From NCBI GenBank assembly GCA_009602725.1, contig WELB01000016.1:435427-499426 (forward strand): DNA of 64,000 bases. Reading direction: 5' to 3'. Source of the stretch: Spirogloea muscicola. Taxonomy: Eukaryota. Positions 1 through 13,438 of the stretch are shown piece by piece. A program made the translations under genes and the position numbers. The stretch's first letter is position 1; the number at the start of each line of letters is the position of its first letter. The notes under the pieces were generated by a model. That model searched no databases. It was not told where the DNA came from and saw nothing but the letters and a program-made list of their open reading frames with translations.

Positions 1-874
1 ACATGTGGCCAGCCTCGGCTGCGCAGTGGTACCACACTGCAGCCTGCTCCGGGCTCGCCTCCACACCACGCCCGTGCTTGTAGCACACCCCCAGATTGTA
101 AGCTGCGCCGCTCTGGCCCTGCTCGGCAGCCTTGCGGTAAAGCTCCGTGGCACGCAAGAGGTCCTTCTTGACGCCCTTGCCCTCATAATAGCAGTCCCCG
201 AGGCGATACTGTGACTCTGCGTGGCCGCGCGCCGTGCTCGCCTGCAACAGCCGTATGCCCTCGGCGTGGTCTTCAGGCACGCCCTAGCCCAGGAAGAATT
301 TCAGCGCCAGCTGGCACTCTGCATCCAGGTTCCCGAGGGCCGCAGCGGCACGCAGCCACCTCACAGACTCGGCCCAGTCGCAGCAGAGCATGGCGAGGCA
401 GACCATGGCCGGGGCGTTGCCTTGCTCAGCGGCTGCACGGTACCACCGCAAGGCCTCGGTGGCGTCCTGCGCCACGCCGCGGCCGTGCTCCAGCGATGCG
501 CCAAGGTTGAACTGCGCCTGCGCGATGCCCTGCTCCGCAGCTCTCCGGTGCCATGCCGCAGCTTCGCCTGCGTCTGGCACTACACCCTCGCCAAGCTCAT
601 AGAGCACGCCCAGATTGCACTGCGCCTTTGCATGCCCACCCTCTGCCGCTCGGCGGTACCACGCTGCCGCTTTGCAAGGGTCTGCAGCGACTCCGCGACC
701 CCGCTCGTAGCAGAGCCCGAGGTCATATTGGTCCTGGGCCACTCCACGCTCTGCGCCCTCCCGGTACGCCTGCAGCGCGTCCGTCGTCTCAACGTATATG
801 GCCGAGTTGCCCGTGTTGCTGGGCAGGCTGTTGGGTCGGTCCTTCGGGCTCAGCGGCATGCCAGGCAGATGGCC
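1..874 (-). CDS. Sel1-like repeat coding region, runs off the window start; in-frame TAG at 284-286
   Basis: Tandem Sel1 repeats (QYDLGLCYERGRGVAAD, AQCNLGVLYELGEGVVPD, AQFNLGASLEHGRGVAQD). After the TAG the same frame continues GVPEDHAEG...QYRLGDCYYEGKGVKKD...AYNLGVCYKHGRGV. An acceptor cttggttggcag precedes 874. Confidence 0.85.
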
Positions 875-1149
875 CTGCCAACCAAGAAGAAGCACTCTGG
901 TCCTCTCAATCACATTGCACAGACTCGCCGTCAATGACTTGGCTGCAACTATGGCATACTTGCCAGTACACGTGACTGTAGACAAGTCTTTGGGCAGTTA
1001 GCCAGCAACCATGACAAGCATCAGTTGCAGCGGATGAAAATTGAGCAACGGCGACAATTTGGCACCCGCTTGGCTGCATGGCCACAAGTCCAATCTGGCC
1101 AATAGCAACTTGTACAAGAGAAGGTGACACTTGGGGAGTGGGCAAGCAC

Positions 1150-4100
1150 CACTTCATCTAGATGCCCGGGATCCTTGCGCTCGCTGGACCGGCTTCTGAG
1201 CACAGCCTCGAGGTATATGGGTAGCAGGGCCGGGGCATGTCGCTCCAGGTGGTCGGCCACAACTCCTGACATGCCATTATGCGGGAGGCTATGAGAGTAT
1301 CAGACCAAAGAAAAGGAGGAGGAAAGTAAAAGATCCATGCTTGTAGTTCTGGAAGTCATGGGCTACGAAAAGAAGTGGCTATACTGTTATTCAGCAGTGC
1401 AGGGCATGTCAACGGCTAGCGTATTTCAAGGTAGGCGTTCAGGGTCAGGGGCCAGATCAGACCTGAGGCGATGGCGGGCTTTGTACTTCGGAGAAGGTTG
1501 AGTGCCAGCTGGGGGTGCTCGGTAAGGAGCCACGTGGAGGACTCCAGCACCAGCTCCTGCTCCGCGGGGCCAAGCTTGCGAAGGTATGTCACAATAGCCT
1601 GCACTGCGGCATCGCCGTCCGCGTGGCTGCTCTCCGCAGCTGACTCACGTAGCACGGCCAGCGCCCGCTTGTGCAAGCCGCGACTCCAAAAGAGCGGCAC
1701 GAGTAAGTCGCGCCGCCCTGCCGAGACGAGCGCGGCCTCGCTCACAGCTGCATCGCAGAAGTTCTGGCCCCGCAGGAGGTGCTCAGTGGCAGGTGTCCCC
1801 CCACCTTCGCCATCAAGCTTCAGGTGCACCTGCAGCAGCGCCGTATCCAGTAGAGTAGCCGCCGCAGCCGCCGTGCCGCCTCCGCCCAGCTCCTTGGCGC
1901 ACGCCACTGCTCCTGGCCCATTGTGGTCAGCAGCGGCTGGCACTGGGACTGCTCCAGCCCTGTCCGCAGCCTGTGCCACTGCCTCTGCAGCCTCCAGCAC
2001 CGTCAGCCGCTTCTGGAGGAGGTAGCTCCTTAAGGCTTGCAGCGCTTGCTGGGGGCTACTTGCCCCATCGTCACCATTGGCTCGGCAACCACCAATAGCA
2101 TTGTCGCTAACCGATGCGCCACCCAAAGCGGCTAGTAGTGACCCGGGCAAGCGCAGCACCGGCACAGTGGAGGGGTCGCCGACGCCATCGTCGTTCTGGG
2201 CAGGCTGCACTTGACAAATGTCGGGGTAGAGCGCAAGCACCGCAGAAAGGTCTGGCAATGAGGAGGCCAACTGCGCCAGTGCCTCTGTGTAGTCGCCCTT
2301 GCGAAAAAGATACTGCCCAAAGCTGCAGTAATGGCCCCGCAATCCAGCGTGCTTCTCAGAGCGGTGCAAAAGACAGGATGTGTAAAGGCAACTGGCACAT
2401 ACTACGACAAGCTGCGCAGCAACTGATCTGATCCTTGGTCGACGATAGATCGAAGGTAAGGTTTCAGCCATGTTAGATAGCCAGGTTTGGTTGCCTGATT
2501 CAAATTTTGGTAGCCTGAATCTGAGCTGAAAACGGGGAAGCACCGGGCCCTTAATAGCACTTGGCAGGCAAGCTGCAATTCAAGCAAGCAGGGCACCTGG
2601 CGTGGACATGCGCCTCTGCTCGAGGCCGCTCCTCGAGCGGCAGATGCTTGCACAGCGACAATGCTTCCTCGTAATTGTTCGATGCCTCCAGCTGCTCGAC
2701 CTGCGGCCGTCGCCGGGGCGGGAGCAGGGTGGGGGCGCGCTTGCCCCCCTCAGCGACAGCCATTGAGCAGCGGATAAGCGAAGCCAGCATCAGCCCAATA
2801 TCATCCACTCTGATCCATGTTAGCAGCTGCAGGAGTGTATAATAGACCCTTCATTACATTAATATGTATATGAGTTGACCCCATATCTCTTTATCTTTTG
2901 TCACCTGCTGCTCGAGAGGCACCAGCGTGAGTAGGTGGACATCCGCGGAGCTGCTGGCAAGGACTGCACCCGTAGCGCTGTCAACGGCGAGGAGCCGCAG
3001 GCCGTCGGCCACCACCAGCGTCTGGACGAGAGGGAAGGGCGGCTCCAGCAGCCTGACCTGGCACAGCGCAAGGCCCCCCGTGAGGAGTGGCGATACTGCC
3101 GCCCGCAAATAGAACATGGGAAGTGCCACGACGCGACCTCCCACGGGGCTCGACGTCACCATGGCAGCCACGGCCGATGCAAGCGCCATCGTGCTGGGCT
3201 CGGCAACTTCGGTTCGGCAAGTGGAGGCATGTAGCCTCACCTCCACGGTGCCCGAATGGAGGAGGCCGACGGCGTACGGTGGCGACACCGTCACTGCAAT
3301 GGGTGCCTCCTGCCACTCAAGCCGCTCCCCACTCTCCGCACGTCCGTCCACGCTGAGCACTACCCCTGCAACGTCCTGTGCAGCCGCAGCAACAGCACCC
3401 GCCATCGAAGCCATCAGCTTCTCACCGCCACACCTCGACAGGCATTGCTGACTGGCGCCTGCAGAAGGTGCTGCGCTGAACCTGCTGCAGCAGCACGCCG
3501 CTCCCACTCCCCAGCGGTACAGCCAGGCAGGGCACCGGCCGGCTGCAGGGCGCGGCGTCGACGATGACGGAGCCGTCGTCGGCGTCCATCAGCACGTACT
3601 TGCTGCCCAGGCCAAGGCAGAGCGAGCGCGGGCCGCACCATGCCGCGGCCTGCACGGGTCCGGGCGCGCGCTGCTCATGGAAGTCCGTGAAGCGCCTTCC
3701 GCTGCCTGCCAGGGGCGGCACGCAAGGTGCGTCGTTGGCGGCTCAGAGTATAGATCCGGGGTTTTGGCAAGCGATTCCGGAGCTTGGGCTGTGGCAGCTC
3801 TCACTGTGGCCGGCGCGGCGAGTGAGGGCTCTCACAGTCGAGCTTGTAGAGGAGCAGGCGGCGGTCCTTGACGACGCACAGGCGGCCGGCGTGGCCGTCC
3901 CAGGCGTACATGTACGCGCCGCGTGTCTCATCGAGCTGCTCCGCGGCGGCCTCCAGGCCCGGGAGGGCGTGCAGCCCGACGCCGTCAGCCAAGTGCAGGA
4001 GCAGGCCGTCGGGGTCCACCACGTCCAGCTGCACGACGGCCTTGGTCGCGAAGCCCGTGACGTTATGGCAGGCAGCCGCCGACGAGGACGAGGGCTGCGG

Positions 4101-4493
4101 CAGTGGCGGCGGCTGGCCAGCATCCGACAGCGGAGGCGGCGGCGGCGGCGGCTGCCGGTCCTTGGCCTGGTCGCCGCGCTTGAAGGCGCGGAGGCCGTCC
4201 CGCAGGGCCGCCCTGAGGGACCTCTGCCGCGGCGGGGTAGCGGTGCCAGACTCATGCGGCGCCGGCGTCTCCGGCTCGGGGCCGGCGGCGGCGGAGGGCG
4301 GCAGCAGGGCTCCACGGTGGTGGTCAGTGCCGTCGCTGGGCTCGCCGGCGGCGGCGGCGGCGGGGGCGGGAAAGACGCGCAGAGAGCCGTCGGAGCAGCC
4401 GACGAGCACGGTGCCGCGCCACAGCGCGGCGCTGGTCACGGTGCCGCCGCAGCCGCGCACAGCGATGGCCGCCTCGAAGACCGCATGCCCCAT
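1150..4493 (-). CDS. VPS39: VPS39/Vam6-like protein, copy A (CNH domain plus central region; C-terminus not found)
   Basis: ATG 4493 MGHAVFEAAIAV...VLVGCSDGSLRVF resembles the plant VPS39 N-terminus. Approximate exons: 4493-3827, 3710-3482, 3376-3242, 3058-2905, 2701-2597, 2323-1463, 1265-1150. Peptides VEQLEASNNYEEALSLC and LLDTALLQVHL are collinear with copy B. Confidence 0.8.
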
Positions 4494-5086
4494 GGCCGCT
4501 CTCAGCACCTGAGACTCCTCGAGGCACCGCCGCCGCCGCCGCCGCCGCGGCCGCCGCCGCCGCCGTCGCAGCCGCCGCCGGGGCTCGGGGTGAGGGCCAC
4601 GGGGGGAGGGGGTCTGGCTCTGCGCGGCCTAGGTTTGGTCGATCATTCGATGGGGCAACGTGACGCCTGATCAACGAGCGACGAGTTGGTCCTCGTTTCC
4701 GGCTCAACGTTTTGCAGGCCTCCCCGTCCTCGCCGACAGTGGCCGTTTAGAGGAGTGGCGCGCGGCGCGCATGAGAATCAAAGGGAGGCATATTCGAGCC
4801 TCACAAAATCCTGGTAACGGGCCATTGAGCTGGATTAGGGGTTTGATGGGCTCGGGGATCCCGTGTTCAGGATGGAAGGTGATTCCACCGCTCTGCTACA
4901 TATCAGGCAGCCCGAGCGGCAGCCACTTCGACACGTTTCTGTCACTCTCTTCCGACTTGCGGCTGTTGACTTGGGGCGACCAAGTGGCTCTCATTAGAGA
5001 TTGCTTGCTTTTAGCTGGAAGAAATATCATCTTAGGTTGTGCATTACCCCAATCCTCGTCCACTTTTTCGGGCTGGCCTCTGGGAN

Positions 5087-8000
5087 CGGGGCTGCGCCGC
5101 CGCCGCCGTACGTGCTGCTGGAGACGCGGGCGGGCTTCGGGCGGCGCTCCGTTGCGCAGCTGGACGTCGTGCAGGCGCGCGGCCTGCTGCTGCACCTCTC
5201 CGACGGCGTGGCGCTGCACTCGCTGCCCGGCCTGGAGCCCCTGGCGGCGCCGCCGCGCACGCGCGGCGCCGCCGTCTACACCTGGCACGCGTCCTCCGGC
5301 GCGCTGGCCGTCGCCGGCCCCCGCCGCCGCCTCCTCATCTACCGCCTCGACGGTGCGCCATTCGCCCCGCCGTTCACTGAGCGCTGGCCGCTGTCGTCGT
5401 CGTCGGATCCTGGTCCTTGCTGCGGGGGCCTGTTGCAGCCATGGCGGCCTGCTGCCTAAACCCTTTAAGCCCTCTTGCTCCGCTGCCGGCATGCGCTTGG
5501 ACAGCCGCGCTCCGTCTCGAGCTCCCTGTTTGGGCACCGAGCGCCTGGCACGGCTGTGCCGGGCGACGGCTGCAGAAGCGGAGCTGCCAATTGTCTCGCG
5601 AGAGTCTTATTGCCACCTACCGCCGTGCTGATCGCGACTTTCAGCTGTTCCTTTCGGCTTTAGGATCTGGAGCTTAATTATTGGCATTGGTTGGCTGTGT
5701 AGCGCGAGTTATCAGCTGCTTTTACTGTATGAGATTTGTCAACACATCACAGAAAGTGTGCGCACCCCGGCGTCCAGGCGTGAGCCGGCAGCTGCACGAG
5801 GTGAAGGACATGGCTGCACCCGACGTGGTGAAGGCGCTCGCGTGGGCCGGCCCGGCTGCGGAGCGCCTCTGCCTGGCCATCCGACGCGAGTACGTGATCC
5901 TCGACGTGCACACGGGCACTGTGTCCAACATCTTTCCCTCTGGCTACACCGCTTCGCCGCTGATCGTGCACGCTGGCGGCAATCTCCTGCTTGGCAAGGT
6001 TGGGCCGGGGCTCCGCACCCAGCGGCCCCTATCTACCTGCACTGGTGCATGCATCAGTGTCAAGGTGTTCTGTACTACCATGACTATTTGATGGGCCAGT
6101 TGCTAGCTCACTTCAGATCTCTTCATGTTATCAGCTGCAAGGTCTGCTCTAGAGGACTAGCGATAGTGGTGATCACTTATTAGAATGTTTTACTATCGAT
6201 GTACCGCTTCAGTTGTATAATTTACCCAGGCAGAATCCTTGTAGAAACACTTCGAGAGGTTTTCTTGGTTTTACTTGAGTTGCTGCTTTCAGCTCAGGCC
6301 TGGCTGCATACTTGCAGGACAGTATTAGCGTGCTCGTGGACTGGCGGGGCAGGCCAATTGGCCACGGAGGTCTGAGTTGGTCTGAGGCGCCGCTGGCTGT
6401 TGCGGTGGTCGAGCCATACGCCCTCGGCCTTCTCTCGCGCTTTATCGAAGTATGTCTCGCGGATGCAGGAGTCTGTCATCAACGTCAATCTTGGCACCAT
6501 CTTGTTTAATCTGACATATCAATTTAGATACATGCTGTCATAAAATGCATCTGTAGTCTTGGTGGACTCGACTGAGGAGCTTTGGAACAGTCCGCAGCCT
6601 GCGTACGCCGACTCGTCCTCCTCCCCTGCCAACTTTGCTGCCGCAGACCACTAGCTCCGGCGATGACAAGCGTACTCGCCGGCGGCCTCCTTGGCCAGGT
6701 CCGCAGCCTGGACCCTCCACATGCCCTCGTCCAGACCCTGGCTGTGAGGGGCGTCACTGTGCTGGCGGCCAATGAAGCTGGCGTCCTGGCTGCCTCCGAG
6801 TCCACCATCTGGCGGCTGCTGCCGGTGCCGTTGGGCTTGCAGGTGAGCTTGCCCTCGACTAATATTGCAGACAGGATATGTACGACATTAGTGCGGCGTG
6901 AGATAATTGCGAATTCAGGAGTCAATTTCAGGCAGCATTGAGTAATCAGGAGCATCTTGCTACGTGGCTTGAGCCTGAGAGGTGTCAAGACCACGAGCGC
7001 ACAAATTGCGGCAGCATACTGAGAGTGTGCAGTGGAGCTAGTTGACCCTCTTCCTTCGGCTTCGCCAGGTGAGCCAGCTGGCAGGCCTGGGGAAGTTTGA
7101 GGAAGCGCTGGCCCTCTGCCAGCGCCTCCCTCCCGAGGATGCTGCGCTGAGGGCTTCAGAAGAGGACTCCATCCACAAGAGGTGCAGTCTTTGGAGAACT
7201 ACTGGCTGCACGTTGGCTCGGACTGCTCAGTCTGTCTACTTTTTGAGCTGTAATCTAGAGTTTCATCCTTTAGAGACTTACAGAATGAAACACAGCCTAA
7301 ACACTGGCTTGACAGTCGGACGGTATGCAAGTGATTGTCTCAGTGTTACATTCTGGGTGTTGTGATATGCAGGTACGGACAGCAACTCTTCCAGCAGGGC
7401 GATTTCGTAGCGGCCATGGAGCAGTATGATGCGTCCTCCATGGACCTCGTCTCCCTTCTCTCCCTCTTCCCCTCCCTCATCCTCCCTCGCAGAGCCCTCG
7501 CGGTCCTCGGAGCTGCCCAAGCTTTCAAAGGGCAGGCTAGCGGAGGGCACGAGCAAGCATCTGTTGGCGCGTCGGGCTTGTCCCCTGCCAGCACCAGGCG
7601 AGCGCTGCTGGCCCTTGCCGGGAGCCTCAAGCGGCGGCGGAGGGCGGTTGTCGAGAGGGTCGAGGCGGAGGAGACGTCACAGATGATCAAGGAGGTGCTA
7701 GAAGGTGGCCAAGGCAAGTCACAGAGTAGCTCGATGGGCCTCAACTTGGAGGCTGGCGCGACAGCAGAGGGGCCCTCCATCGCCAGAGCCACTGCAATAG
7801 TCCTTGACACAGCATTGCTCCAAGTCCTTCTGGAGACGGAGGTCGACACGGCGTCAGCGGCCTCTTTTCTGCACGCCCCATACTACTGCGACGTAGAGAC
7901 TTGCCGGAGCTTCTTGGAGGCCAGAGGTGGCGGCAGACAGCTGCTGGTGCAGCTGTATAAAGACAACGGGCTGCACCAAGAAGCGTTGCAGCTGCTGCAC

Positions 8001-10722
8001 GACCAAGTGGAGGGCGCCGCCACAACCGAGCAGCTGACGGCCTTACTGGACTACCTCAAGGTGAACCTCTCCTTGCACAAAGTTGTCATGGACATAACAG
8101 AAGCTATAATCTTTAAGCTAGATCCTGTTGGACCTCTGTAAGCTTTGTGTTGCGGCTGTTCTAGACTTAGATGTAGCACCAGTTGTGCCATACTGAAGCT
8201 ACAGAGGCCACGAAGGAATTTCTTATGTGGTACCACTTGTAGGATTGACCGATTGACAGGGACTGGGGCCGGCTGCCCGGGACGTGCTTGTTGGCAACCT
8301 GGCTTGGCTGCTACAAGAGCATCCTGAGCAAGGTTTCTCCCTGCTGACATCCATACGTCCACCCCTGCCTCCAGGTACAATATTAAGGTTATCCTGCAGT
8401 AAGGGTGCTTCATGCCTTGATTTACACTTGATGATCAGTAGTGCTTGGAGTCATCATAGGTCCTGCTTATATTACGGCTGCATGGAATCATAGCACTTGC
8501 CATGGCAACATGGCGCAAATTGCCCAAAACAGCACAATTTGTGATTCTGACAAGATGTGGACAAGATGTCTGATTTGGTTGTAGTTGCTTGTGAAAGTTG
8601 CCTGTCTCTGGATCTGCCCTTACATAATCGAGTCATTTGTGGCAGACATTGCGTTGCAGAAATTAAAGCAATTTGCCCCCCAGTTGCAGTCCTCTTACCT
8701 GGAGGCAGTCCTGGTTGGCAGCAGTGCGAATGGAGTTGGTACTCCACAGCGAGAGCTCCAAACCAGACTTGTAAGCAGTACACCATTTCAATATAGCTCT
8801 TTTGAGCAGAAGCTCTTACCATTTTGGATTTGTTCATCATGCACAGAAGGCCAGTCAAAGCAGGATGACAAAAGACACCATAAATTTTAGCGAAGTTCAT
8901 CCCACATACTCAACATCTGTCACGAGCCTGCAGATTCAAGACTTCTTTTTACGCAAGGAAATGGCAACAGGTTGCACTCATTACGTCAGCTCTTGACTAC
9001 TGCAGATCCTCCTTCACCTGAAGGCTGTGCTGCGGGAGGCCACTCGGGGAGACAGCTCCTCTGACAGGAGTACAATGAGTGATGCTCGCAAGAAGCTTGT
9101 AGCAGCTCTGAGTGGCCCTCCTTTTTTGTATGAAGCTTTATCTATCCTCCCTCACTTCCCAAAGAACAAGCTCTTCCTGGAAAGGTCACTGATTTTCGCA
9201 GCCCTTCAGCAACATTTTGTGGTGCTCGTCATCCTTGCCAGAAAGGTGCGAAGTGGGTCCAATCACAAGGAATGAGTGAGACTGTGATCGTGGCATTTTG
9301 ATATATATTGGGCTCATATGGAGCAGGGCATTCTTAGGTGTTATGAACGGTTGTCCTGATGTATGTTGTGCTGATCAGGAGCAGGGCCTCAGAGGAAGTT
9401 CTTGAGCTGTTATTGTTGGCTGACCAGAACAAGGTGTAGATATCTTCCAGATTGCTAATCATGCCCCCTGCAAGATCCTTGCTGATCAAGCTCCACTCCT
9501 TGTCCTGCAATAGCTGGAGGACTTTGAGAGGGCGGTGGCCTATTGCGATCAGGTTCCTATGAGGGAGGACCCAAGAAAGCCACAGCTTGTTTCTTGGCCA
9601 GTGGACGATGTCGAATTCCCAGGGCACAATTTTCATATGATGCTGCTCAAGATCTACATTCAGCCGGCATCAGCCTTGACGGAGTGTGACAGAATTGTAG
9701 ACGGCATCATGGAAGCAGTTGTTGGACAAACGCGGTCTGAGAATCGAAGGATGGAGGATGTACAACAGGGCTTTATGGATAGTGACAAGACTCTCAAAGA
9801 GGTGGAGCCAAGAGCCAGGACACTGCATGTGGAGCCCAGTAAAGGTGAAGCCTTTAGCGACAGGCTGAGTAGCGAGGAGGAGGTGGTGGGGGCTAATGAG
9901 GACGTGGGCAATGATTTGACTTCTGGCAAGACATTTAGAGGAGACGTCATGCTGGAAGAGGCATTGAGGCTCCTTGACAGGAGATGGAGTGCACTGAACT
10001 TGTTGATGGCCTTGGCTGCACTGCCTGGGGAGGTTAAGTTACAGGTAAGATGGCCAGCCCAAACGTTGCAAAGTCTTGGGGTTACTGTTTGCATTGGCAG
10101 AAATCTGTGTACATGGACTGCACTTGTCTCAGTACTTGAGAGTGTTAAGTCAACTGATCTTACTACTATCATCGTCTTTTGTGATCATCATGTATGCAAG
10201 TGAGCTCGAGGAAGTTGTCGCGGTTTCCCCTTACATGTTTCAATTTTATGTTGCAGCGGCTGTTGGCATTCCTGCAGCCAAAGCTTTTGAAAGATGGAGA
10301 CACCCGCCACAACTCAGCTGTGGTGAAAGGACTACGCCGAACTGACAACTTGCAGGCACGGTTGCAATAATCGCAAACAATCAGCAGTCATTTGACATGC
10401 ACTTGATTGGTAGATGTACCTAGAATCCTTGATGTATGTTGCCTCTGACTGTTGGTTACTGGAGAGACGTTGTTGTGCTACTTTGACGGCTTGAGGGCAT
10501 GATGATCTTGTCGGAAGGAGCCGCAAGAACTGATCCCTGGTCCTGACTCGTTTGGACCAGGTGAGAAGTCAAGTGCTGCAACTTCAGAGGCGCTTCGTGC
10601 TCTTGACTGAGGACTCCACCTGTGACGTTTGTCACAAGAGGATTGGCCTCAGTGCCTTTGCAGTGTCATTGGGAGGGGCACTGGTCCACTTCGTGTGCTC
10701 ACAAGCGCAGCTTAGTGGCTGA
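5087..10722 (+). CDS. VPS39: VPS39/Vam6-like protein, copy B (5' end lost at the n at 5086)
   Basis: About 12 exons. CNH region (VAQLDVVQARGLLLHLSD, LCLAIRREYVILD), then VSQLAGLGKFEEALALC, VLDTALLQVLL, and a C-terminal Zn-finger-like CDVCHKRIGLSAF...VHFVC. TGA at 10720-10722. Confidence 0.88.
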
Positions 10723-13028
10723 GCTGCCATTTTTGAGCTTCAGGAATCACCAACGCATCCACCTTCGTTGCTAAGTGCGTCTTCACAGGCAGATCCATAC
10801 AGGAGCTTTAATTGCTGATTACTGGAATAGCTGATACCTGAGATTGGTCTTAGCAGGTTTGCGCACATTGGGGCTGGGTTTCACATGTAAAATTGTCAAG
10901 TGTCAAGTGTATGTTTGCTTAACCAGACCTCAGTCCTCCAAGCTGACTTGGCTCTGATGTGCTTTGGCAGGACTCACAGGAGTTGCTCCAGGAACGTAGT
11001 AGCAGAACACCTTGAGGACGGGCACACTCACTTCTTGTGTCACATGTAAGTCTACCTTCCATGCACAAATGAGTGGCTAATAACAAGCCTTGATAACATT
11101 GGTTGACATATCAGTCATATAGTACCATGAGCTTCTTGGCATCGTAATTTAATTGAGCTTATTACATTCTGAGACCTGGAGTACGAGTCTTACCCTCCAC
11201 GTGAGATTCATCAGATACTTACAAAACTGTATACTACAGCACTTTGCCCCAAGGTCATGAGACTATGCCGGAGATGGAGCTCCTCCGCCGGCAGCAAGAG
11301 CTGCACCTCTGGCTGAGCAGCTTCAGAGGAGTTAAGTTGGAGTCAAGTACAAGACCGCTTACAACTTCTCAGGGGGATCCTTGAAGCTCATATAGTAGCG
11401 TACGGATCTCTTGACCTCCAAAGCCCCAGCAATCAGCCTCTCTTTGAGAAACGCCTTGCGAAAGGGAAAGGCAAGGGCATGGGATACCGTAAGTCATACT
11501 TGTCAGGTGCTTGATAAGCGGATATTGAGCTGTATATGTACTACTATCTCTCATTGTTGATGTTTGACTTAAGTGCATCGCTGCCACTTACATCAGTGCC
11601 CACTTACGTTAACAAGCGCCACAAGATTGGCACATACCGAGAGGCGCCAGCCCTTGCCAGTATCGCTGAAGGATACTGACGAGAATGAAAATCACATGCC
11701 GAATCAATTATCAGCAAGCGAGAGGCGCAAGCGACGTCCTTTTCTGCATGGGCACCCCATCGCCACGAGGATACTGGAACTTCGTTGTACTTGCACGCAC
11801 AGTGATGGCACTGGCAGCAACACCATTGCCATTGACTCATTCCTTGATGCAGCTGCTGCTAGTTTGTCTGTCATTGAGGCCGATGAGGTGTGCGCTCGAC
11901 CAAGGACTCTTCGTTATGGGAAAGTCGACTGGAAAGGAATACACCTGCTGTCTTGCAGTGCGAGGAGCAACAAAGATGGAGTTGCAGAAGGTCAATATCC
12001 GCATGCAAGCAGAAACCGGCACCTTGGGGCACCTTGCGGGGCACAATCTGATCAGGGCTGGAGACAAGAAAGTAGCACACTAGGAGGTGTCACGCTGCTA
12101 AAGAGTAGAGAGTGATTTCACAAAGGCCAGGTGCAACAGTCTCTGAAGTCCACCTATGGAGGGGTATCTTTTAATATGGATCGAGGCAATGCCAGCAAAT
12201 GAGGCCCGCGCTTTGCATTGAGCAAAGAAGTAGCTCTTCCAAAGAACAAGGGCTTGGAATGCCAGCTCACAGGCTGCGGCGCTTCCGGGGGTAGTTGTTG
12301 CGCTGTGGCGTTTGTCATTGCTTCACTGTCGTTGTAGCACGGACCTGTTTAGATTTTGCCTTGAACTTGTCGTGGAAGTGGTCCCCCATCCCCGACTTCA
12401 TCAACACCAAAAAGAATCAGCTCCCCAATGTAAGGCAATGGCTGTGAGAGGCCAGCCCAATGGACTAATTACTGAAAGGGCCGGAAGTTGCAAAGGTAAG
12501 GAAATTACTCTTTGTAAGCTCTACAATATTCCTGAATCACACCAGAAAGGTGTGACCAAGCATGAGATATCTTCACGTGTGAAACCAGGTCAGTCTACTA
12601 AATCAGATCGACGGGACTGAGCCACCGACAGGTAGTGACGTGACAAGCTCTCGCACTCCTGCTCTGTCCCGCCAAGAAGGCTCTGGTGCAATCATCGGTC
12701 TTTGGCTTATTGCTTCTTTACGAAGGATACGGAGGTGGCTGCACACGTCGACATGATGGCACGTCATTTGCTTGGTGTGAAAGGAATCGCGAGCATGGTA
12801 CCTCCAGCTTCGGTCAGGGAACATGGCCTTTGTGTGCTGTCAATTCTTTTCGGGCTGGCTTCTTACAGCCCTTGCCCACATTGGGAGAGCCACTTCTCTC
12901 CTATTGTGCCACGAATGGCAGCGGTGCACAACCCATCTTGCCGCCCGCGTCGCTCAAAATGAAGCCCCGATATCAGATGATAAAGCCCAGGAGCCCATTT
13001 CAACGGGTATCATCCACCTTGGTATTCA

Positions 13029-13390
13029 GGCATCACTTAGCGACCTCTATGGGCTGAGTCGTGGTTACTGAGCGGGTCAGCTTAGCAGCAGGTGATGTAC
13101 ATCTGTCAATGTGCTTGCCTTTGTACGAGGCCACTCAGGCCAACACTCAGAACATACTCTGTTCACCTTGACTAGCCATGGGAAGCCGTCACCCATCTGA
13201 CTACGCTTTTCCGCCCGCTGATTATGGGAATCTGCAGTTGCTCCTGGAGGGTATCGAGCGTCAACTTGCAGAAGCCACGGAGATTAGGCTCGGGCTTCAG
13301 CCCCTTACCGCCCTTCCAGACCTTGTTCATTTCTTTGGGCTGGCCTCTCCCAGCCATTCCGTACGTTGAAAGAGCTATTTCTCTTTGTGG
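13029..13390 (+). mobile_element. Decayed 3' ends of RLE-type (CRE-like) non-LTR retrotransposons, plus-strand copies
   Basis: ORF-end remnants SDLYGLSRGY* and FPPADYGNLQLL are followed by the shared GACCTTGTTCATTTCTTTGGGCTGGCC...AGAGCTA tail. They match the copies at 56871-57068 and 58342-58547. Confidence 0.6.
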
Positions 13391-13438
13391 AAGAAACGTA
13401 GCTCTTCCCAAGAAAAGGAGTGTATATGAAGAATGGAG

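Noticed and set aside
284..286. Genome-wide TAG recoding
   Set aside because: TAG is the apparent true stop of the LPAT1 and ATL genes.
3564..4670. Long antisense or alternative-frame ORFs (also 39599-40705, 59583-60392, 50399-51136)
   Set aside because: Shadows of GC-rich real exons with no recognisable motifs.
11369..12115. Overlapping ORFs downstream of VPS39B
   Set aside because: No recognisable motif or consistent exon structure; possibly a relic but unsupported.
12852..12900. HDV-like ribozyme (GGGAGAGCCACTT resembles the HDV antigenomic 3' flank)
   Set aside because: No P3/L3 or J4/2 catalytic segment can be placed. No hammerhead CUGAUGA core either.
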